DNA of 61,456 nt, the filler included, from Dugesia japonica (taxonomy: Eukaryota): the NCBI GenBank assembly GCA_001938525.1. It is 6 parts of 6 records of this genome, joined end to end, with 100 filler letters (N's around TTAATTAATTAA, not from the genome) between each part and the next. Parts side by side here need not be neighbours in the genome. Positions count along the whole stretch, not along the records: positions 52,519 to 61,456 come from MQRL01531982.1; 5 more parts are not named here. One strand, 5' to 3'. The notes beneath the pieces are model-generated. The model worked only from the letters and a program-made list of their open reading frames with translations. It ran no database searches and was not told the DNA's origin. Shown one piece after another: positions 53,744-61,456 of this stretch; within the stretch, counting starts at the first letter, position 1; each line of letters starts with the position of its first letter. The translations under genes were made by a program, and so were the position numbers.

Positions 53744-54642
53744 GATGACAGGGACGATGTCGCAGCCTTCCATTTTTATATGCCTGACCCAGACCAGTGG
53801 CTAGACCCTAGTAAGCTAGACGAATTATAAATGTCATTTTAATAAATGTTGTGAGTATCATTATCTTAAATCTTTTTGTAAGTTAAGGGAAAATGATGAA
53901 CCCGAATAAAAAGGTTTATGGCCGTGCACCTCTCATTAAGAGAGAGGTCAACCACCATACACTGAATACCTAACCTAAGGGCGTTAGGTTAAATTCTTGA
54001 AAGGGTCCCCTGAGGGCTGTTTTTCCCCAGCCCCACTTTTCTTCATCCAACTCAGGTGGAACTTCAACATTAGTTTCAAATTTTAATATATTTTGTTTAG
54101 ATATTTGTATGATGGATTATAAATTGATGTAATGTGCTACAATTTTATGTTTTATTGAAAATTTAGTGTGTTGACTTAGACCTTTGATGTATTGGTTTAG
54201 AATCTTACAATGATTGATTATAATTTTCATGTGATCGATTAAATTAATTAATTTTTATTTATTTCTGTTGTAAGGTTTTATGTAAGGTTTGCAGATTTTA
54301 TAAATTTAGTTGCTATTTACAATTTTATTGAGTTAAATTTTAAAAGAAACTGACTTATTTGTATACTAAGTAAGTGATTGCGATAATATTTAGATGGAAT
54401 GATGAATAATGCAGTATCTTTAGTCTAACTTCAGTCTTACTACAGTCTGTTCGTAGTCAGTCTGTGGTTCAACTGCAGTCATTTTGTAAACACCTCGATT
54501 TTTCAAGATATAGATAGATCAACAGAGAATATATATCCAGAGCATGGAAATATCCATAAAAACTAGACACAGTTTATTCATATTTCATATTTTTTCTTAT
54601 CCATTACTTATTCTTTACTTATTCTCTGCTTATTCTTTAAAA

Positions 54643-54970
54643 CAGCGGTTTCCAAACTGGGAGGCGCCAAAAACTTTTTAAGAAAACAAAAATTTCACAC
54701 TATGATATCTACAAANNNNNNNNNNNNNNNNNNNNNNNNNNNNNNNNNNNNNNNNNNNNNNNNNNNNNNNNNNNNNNNNNNNNNNNNNNNNNNNNNNNNN
54801 NNNNNNNNNNNNNNNNNNNNNNNNNNNNNNNNNNNNNNNNNNNNNNNNNNNNNNNNNNNNNNNNNNNNNNNNNNNNNNNNNNNNNNNNNNNNNNNNNNNN
54901 NNNAGAGGGAGGCGCGGAAAAAAAAATTTTTTTTAGGGAGGCGCGGTAGCATAAAGTTTGGAAACCGCTG
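54643..54970. mobile_element. hAT (Charlie-like) MITE
   Basis: Perfect 16-bp TIR CAGCGGTTTCCAAACT and perfect 8-bp TSD CTTTAAAA (54635-54642, 54971-54978). Confidence 0.95.
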
Positions 54971-55238
54971 CTTTAAAATAAAATGACTGGTGAGCTTATT
55001 GATTACATTAGTCGCTGTAAAGACTTTAAAGATAAAATTAAGCCTGCTTTAAACAATATTAAACAACTATCATTGATAAATAAAGTTTATTTATCAACAT
55101 AACTATTTATAAAGTATAAAAAATAGAAACTGCTATGAGAATAGCTGGTGATACAATTTATCAATTAGATTTAGAGATTGAAGCATTAACTGATGAAAAT
55201 AAAAGATTAGTTGATCAATTGAATTTAAATGCATAAAA

Positions 55239-55619
55239 ATGACTAATAAATTTATAGAGTGTATCTCTAATGATAATAATTTTCAATTAAAATTACAGGA
55301 CGATGTAAATGTGAATAATTTATTACCTATTGGTGGTCAAGCTGAAGCAGGAAGAACATTTATAGCAAGAGCTAAACAATTTGAGCAGTGTGTTAATATA
55401 ATGGGCGGAACAATATATTATCTTGCTTCTGAAAAGCATGAATTAGTTAATCAGAATAAAAAATTGATTAATCAACGAAAAGTGAATAATATTTATGATG
55501 CAAAGGATATTCAAAGAATTACAGAGAATAATCCGGTAATAAAGATGGATGAAAATAAAAATGAAGTTATATTATCTGATTTGCACAGATATATGAAGTT
55601 ATTAAATAAAGTTAAATAA
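55239..55619 (+). CDS. Hypothetical 126-aa protein, possible Polinton cargo
   Basis: Intact ATG ORF convergent with 55623-55862, on the same segment as the pPolB. Confidence 0.45.
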   Translation: MTNKFIECISNDNNFQLKLQDDVNVNNLLPIGGQAEAGRTFIARAKQFEQCVNIMGGTIYYLASEKHELVNQNKKLINQRKVNNIYDAKDIQRITENNPVIKMDENKNEVILSDLHRYMKLLNKVK

Positions 55620-55622
55620 TAA

Positions 55623-55862
55623 TTATAACTTTAAAGTAGTTACTGATAATATTTTTAAATAACGCATCATTTTGCTTGCAAAATAAACTGATAGTACTAA
55701 TAAAATGATTATAATGATCATGAAAATGAAATTTACATTAAACTTTTGTTTATTACAGTTCAACTTGTTTATTTCTTTATTTTTATCTTTAATCAAATAC
55801 TCTAATCTACCTAGAGTATAATACACCTGTTTTATATCTGATTCATCTATTAATAGTTTCAT
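55623..55862 (-). CDS. Hypothetical 79-aa protein with one hydrophobic segment, possible Polinton cargo
   Basis: Intact ATG ORF; coiled-coil-like N part then FIFMIIIIILLVLSVYF. Confidence 0.4.
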   Translation of the reverse strand: MKLLIDESDIKQVYYTLGRLEYLIKDKNKEINKLNCNKQKFNVNFIFMIIIIILLVLSVYFASKMMRYLKILSVTTLKL

Positions 55863-57499
55863 TTTGTATATTTATCTTTAATTTTTTCTAAATAAAGCTT
55901 ATTAAAATTAGTATCTAACTCTTTTGCTAAATATTTATCAATTTCACTAATATTTGCACTATTCTTTATTAATGAGCTGTTGTAATTAGACAAAGAGGAC
56001 TGTGGTTGACTGCAGACACCTCGCATCTTAGAAAAAACGAAATTTATTAAATATTCAAGCTCTTTGTTAGTAAAATTAGTTAAATGCTATAAATATTCAA
56101 GATTAATTTCCTATGTTTCATAATAAAAAGAATTATATTGTTACTGCTTGTCTTGAATAAAAAGATTTTAATAAATAAATAGATGATTTTAAATATCGTA
56201 TATATTTATAGTAAAAAGCTCTCTTTATTTTATAATTTGTTTCTAAAGTGAATGCATTTAACATTTCTGGTATGTTAGAAAATTGTTTATTCTGTTGAAA
56301 TAAGAATATTGACACAACTATATTATAAATTTCAAGAAATGTCTTTTTCTTTGGAGCAGGCATTTTTATATATTATATTCAATTATAAAACTGTTTGTTA
56401 TTTATATTGTTAATGAAAAATCTTTTATTTATATTTCATAAGAAACATTTAGACTTTCTTTATAGCTTAACTTAATACAACTAATGAAAATAAGGTTTGT
56501 ATTAATTTAAGAGTAAATAAATTTTGTTATAAGTACTATAAATAATAATTCTATATATAACTACTCAAAATAAGTGCTTTATTTATTAAACATTTAGCGT
56601 ACTGATCATTTATATTTCATTATTAATTTTTCTTAAATAAATAATTAATTAATATTTTCAATGAAAAATAAAAGAAGTCCTATTCACTCCATTAAAACAA
56701 AATAAAATCATTATTTTCGATTATTTAAGTATATTTGTCATTTAATATAAATTTTTATTTTTCTATTAAATTAATTAAGTTTTTATAAAAATAAACTTAT
56801 TTTTAACTAGCTAAATTTTATTTTATGAACTTAAAATATTGATTTTTGATTAAAAAAAGGTACGGCGCGCGGTACTTTTCTATTTTTAGATTAATATTAT
56901 TAAATTTCATTAAATTTTATTATTAAAGTTTATATTGATTATACTTTAAATTATTATATTCTTGAAGCTCTTTTGTTTTTATACGATTTATTTAAAAATC
57001 ATTTATTATATCTTGAAATTCTTCTTCATTTAATATAAAATAATCTTTATTGTCTTTATTATCTATAATCTTATTGCAATAATTTTCATCCATATTATAA
57101 AAATATTGTTTATTTTATTTTTTATTATAATCCATATGGAAATATTTCTCCATTGCTGCCTTCTAAATATTTTAATTGTCTTTTATCAAAATCAAAGTTA
57201 TATTCTTTTGTTTTTGTTATTGTTTTAATATTATTAATGTCTTTATAATTATTTACTGTTAATTTAAATTTAATATGTTCAAATGTTTCACATGATTCAA
57301 TTGTATTATTAATATTTAGAGCCATGGCAACTAAAATAACCATTATTACTAATTAATTCACTTTTATAAAATGACATTCTGTACATATAATAATTATTTT
57401 CCAATCATCCATCGCCCAATCTCTATCTCTGGGGGCTAGTTCTTTTTCCTCGGTGTTTAATGTAACTTTACACTTTTTACAATAATATTCATTGATATT

Positions 57500-60400
57500 C
57501 ATTTTAAAGTTAAATTAATATTTATGTTAAATAACAACCATTGCAAAATGGAATTTTTATTATATTATTGCGATAAAATCTTTTATCATCGTATGGAATT
57601 AAAGATATTTTATTTTGTTTTACTGTATAAACATTATGTAATTTTGATCTAATATTATAATTAATATTATATTGTAAATTACCGTTGTTTATTGCATCTT
57701 TATGTGTATTTCTTTATCAACTACACTTTTACTTGTTCCTTTATTTTTCTCTTTCTTATCGTCATTTATAAAACAATATTATTTAGATTTTAAAGCACAG
57801 AATTCTAACATTCTTTTCCCTCCGAATTCATCCGTAAAATAATCAATTACTTTCTTATACTTAGTTAAATCTTCAGGAGTTAATTGTAGTTCTCTTGCAG
57901 TATTATAATTTATATAATAATTACTAAAGTCGAATATTTCTTTTAAATTCTTTTCTCTTATTTCTTTATATAAATCATTAGATTTAATTTTAAGCACCCA
58001 AGAATAAGTATTTGTATATATTGGCGTGATATGTAATTAAGGATTAAATTCTTCATAAAAAGTTTTATACATATGCAATTTTGATAATTCTAATATGACA
58101 AATCCAATGTAAATTGGTTTATTCATTTGTATTTGTTTCTTTGTAAAGTGACAAGCAAATAGATTTTCATCAAATTGTTTTAAGCTTTTAAATGTTGGTT
58201 TAGAAGTTCTTTTTATATGATTTTATTTTACCGAATAAACCGTTATTCATTAATTTCCACAAATTTTTCTCAAAATCAGTTGTAGCAACAGTTCTTTTTT
58301 TTGTATTATAATCTATATAATCTTTTAACTATGGTTTTTCTCTAAATGAAACTACTTCGTGTATCTTTGTTACAACAATTCCTTTTTGAATATAATATTC
58401 TAGATTTTTCCATTATAAAACGTCATTTGTTTTTGGATTTAAATCTAAAACTAATTTTTCTGTCTCAACAAACTTTTGTTTTGATTGATTTCATAAATTT
58501 ATTTGATAATTAGATAATTCATTTATTTTTATCTTTCTTTTCTCTGGAGCTAATGGGTATTTCCTATTAGCTAATTTTGCTACATCATCTTTATATTGTA
58601 AATCAACTTTAAAAGCATAACCAACATTAAACTCGTTATTATGTATTTTTTTTGCTTTATTAAACATAAATTGTAATGCTTGCATTGGATTTCGGTTCAC
58701 ACAATCAATTACTTCTTTCAAGACTTGTTCAAAATTACTATAGGATAAAGGATGATTCATTGAATGACCGTATAAATTATTTGCATCAATATATAATAAT
58801 TAATTCTCTTTTAAATATGGTTTATATTATGAATGTGGTCCAGATGTTTGATTAATTTTATCACTCATAAATTTAATTGATTTATTTGTATATTTATTAT
58901 TTGGTTTAACATATCTATCTCCTAATACCGTAGAAATTCTTCCTCTTATTCCTCTTTCAAAGAACTCGAACATTTCTTGCGTTTTTAATAAGTCTAATTT
59001 AATTTCTGTGTGTTATAAACCTTTTTTCCATGTTAACGCAAAGAACTAAGACAAAATAAGGTGGATCTAATTCATTTATAGATCTAAATTTGTCTATTGC
59101 GTCAGCCATAATATATATGTCTACTTTGTTATATAGGATTGTGTAATCAAAGAAATTTTGACATCTAAATAACCTATAAACGTCTTTATATATTTTATAA
59201 TCATCTTTAGTTATTTCTTTTCTGTGTAATGCTGAATAAAATGATTCTATTGGTAAAGGGCAAAATCTACCATTTCAATCATAATGTGTTTCATAATATT
59301 TTGATGGATTATCAATCTACTCTTATGGATATATTCCTTTTTTCTTAATAGGTTCAAAGCGTCGGGAGAAACTGATTCAATAATTGCTGATTCTTTATTT
59401 AATCCTCCAGCTGCGTTATTAGTTATTTCTTTATTTATGGGATTGTCTATAATAACATTTGTCGTATTTCTTAAAGTTAATCTTATTACGTCTGGAGTTA
59501 ATCTAGTTGATTTTACTTTACAGAAATTATATAATATTTTTAACTCTCTTCTTTTGTTAATGATTTTGATATACTCTTTATTGAGCTTTGTAATATCTAG
59601 AAATCTTAATTTCCCAAATAATAAAGACATGTAATTCTTTTACAATTGCAATTATTGCGAGAATAATTGTTGGACATAACCATTGATCGTTTTAAAGAAT
59701 TCAATTAATATAAAAGCTTTGATCAAAATTTAGGTTTTATTTATTGATATTGGATAACAATTCGATATTTCGACCTTGTCTTTGTCAGGAATTGAATTTT
59801 TTAAAAAATACGAAAAATGTTATTATACATTTTACGAATTAGAATTATTTGATTCGCACTGTCTGATAAACTAGTTTGATTTGCTAATTCTTTTATAGTT
59901 ACATGAAAATCATATTACATGAAAAACTCCCATTGTGAAAATATAAGTATAAATTCTTTATACTTAGATTTAAATTACAGCTTTTATGTGATGCTCCTCT
60001 ATATTTTCTCTTAAATTGGCCATGATCTAATACTTTATAGCCATTTAATGGTTTTTCACAAATCCAACAGTCGGCAGAATTATGGTAATTAATAATATCT
60101 TCCTGCATAAGATTAATTGGTATTAGATTTTTCAGATAATGAGCAATAAAACTATACATAGCACTTTCTTTTACATTCATATATTTAATAAATTCTTCTT
60201 TACAATTTCTACCACGAAAAACTCTGGTATAATCTTGTACAAGTTCAGGATATAAAGATTTAAAATAAAGTGTTACTGTATATAGTACATGGGTATTAAC
60301 TATCCTCGTATCTGTAGTAATAACTCTTGGTGTTTTGGCTTGATATGACTCAATATCAGCATAAATTACAAATGGTTATTTTAACTGCTAATGATACTGT

Positions 60401-61200
60401 TTAAACTTGAGATAAGACATTCTTACAAATTTGCTATTTAGTGCAGAACACTTTTCACGTAATATTTCTTTTCGTTCCGGATTTTGGCATTGATTAAATT
60501 CATTGTTAGCGTCAATTAACTGTTTTTTATATCAATTGGGAAAATTAATCTAGATTTATTATCAATTGACTCACAAAACTCTTTATGGGATGTAAAAGCA
60601 TGTAGTGGTCTCGAATAATTAAAACATCTGTCACATAAATATTGATCAATTTTGACGTGTGAAGATTCCTCATTGAGAAAACTCTTTAATCTTTTAATTC
60701 AAAAGTAATGTCCTTCGTAATAACCTAGGTAGAGTTTACAATTTTTAGAGGACATATTATTACAGTCTTGTTTGAAAAACCTTAAATTATGATTATAATT
60801 GTATTGATCATGAAAATCGCTTAAAATCTCACATTGGAAACCATTAGTTTTTATTACATAATTAGAAATATTCTATGGGGAAGATATATAACTTTTTCGG
60901 AGTTTTATATCATTTTCAAGCGGTTTTTGATCTAATTCAAGGACATTTATAGAAATATTGAATAATTTTTCCAGAATGTTAATCTTATTTATTGGAAAAC
61001 CTTTTTTTCATTATTTGATTAACGTCTTTACTATTTTCCATTAATACATTAGTATTTATGGCTTTTAAATATTTTGAAAAAATTTGAAATTCGCTTTTAT
61101 GATATGAATTACCGGTTGAAGAAATAAATATGCAATTACATGCCAAAATACGCAGAAATTTTCTTTTGTTTTAATACTCTACAATCACTATTACTATGAG
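57500..61200 (-). pseudogene. Protein-primed family B DNA polymerase of a Polinton/Maverick, decayed
   Basis: Ordered minus-strand motifs: CDRCF, FVIYADIES, CWICEKP..VLDH..YRGASHKSCNL (endonuclease VII-like), LRFLD, KGIYP, FERGIRG, YIDANNLYGHSM, YPLAPEK, MNNGLFGK, KPIYIGFVILELSKLHMY, YTNTYS (YxDTDS), EFCALKSK, PYDDKR. Confidence 0.93.
59640..59797 (-). repeat. Hammerhead-associated repeat inserted in pPolB; ribozyme motif at 59758-59794
   Basis: Reverse complement CAATTC-CTGACAA-A-GAC(AAG)GTC-GAA-ATAT-C-GAATTG. Perfect 6-bp stem I but a core G>A substitution. Confidence 0.8.
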
Positions 61201-61364
61201 AAAATAATTATTATTTAATAATTTTGAGCCAATATAAATTGAGTTAATTCTGGATAAAGATTTTTAAGCTACTATTCAATTATTATTTTTCTTATTAAAG
61301 TTAGAGTTGAAGTAGAAAAATAATTAATGTCTAAAAATATTAGTTCTGATTTGAATAACCAATA

Positions 61365-61456
61365 ACCATAAAGATGAACACAATAAAGTAATTGACAGAG
61401 TATTGATGGAAATAATGAAGGCTGGTTTAAGAATTAATCCAGAAAAGTGTCATTTT
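61365..61456 (+). mobile_element. Gypsy RT fragment
   Basis: DEHNKVIDRVLMEIMKAGLRINPEKCHF. Confidence 0.8.

Larger units (their letters stand above)
52519..54069 (+). mobile_element. Element fragment with three serial ORF cassettes, terminal hairpins and a CAACA end; architecture like 9007-12177
   Basis: GC-rich open frames at 52519-52761, 52973-53271 and 53448-53743 are separated by AT-rich spacers ending tttag|TG. Hairpins at 53928-54033. End cttcaaca at 54069. No clear nucleotide homology to the other copies. Confidence 0.5.

Noticed and set aside
16480-61200. One large Polinton spanning the integrase and pPolB with the ABCA gene as cargo
   Set aside because: The parts lie on different segments separated by artificial linkers.

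Overview
Very AT-rich animal genomic DNA; a planarian-like flatworm is plausible but is only inference. The window is not one locus: five identical 100-bp linkers (44 N + TTAATTAATTAA + 44 N) join six segments (1-14430, 14531-24011, 24112-33814, 33915-43753, 43854-52418, 52519-end). The only clear host gene is an apparently intronless, 3'-truncated ABCA-subfamily transporter. The rest is mostly decayed mobile DNA: a NeSL/R2-like non-LTR remnant preceded by a repeated unknown domain, gypsy fragments, Polinton/Maverick integrase and protein-primed PolB pseudogenes, several mariners, a hAT pseudogene and hAT MITE, and a dispersed repeat carrying minimal type I hammerhead ribozymes. The most unusual structure is a TGTTGG...CCAACA-bounded element (9007-12177, 4-bp TSD) with relatives at ~18300-19015 and probably 52519-54069. 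It has no recognisable transposition enzyme. Instead it carries serial acceptor-ORF-stop cassettes encoding small coiled-coil proteins and a conserved structured block near its right end.
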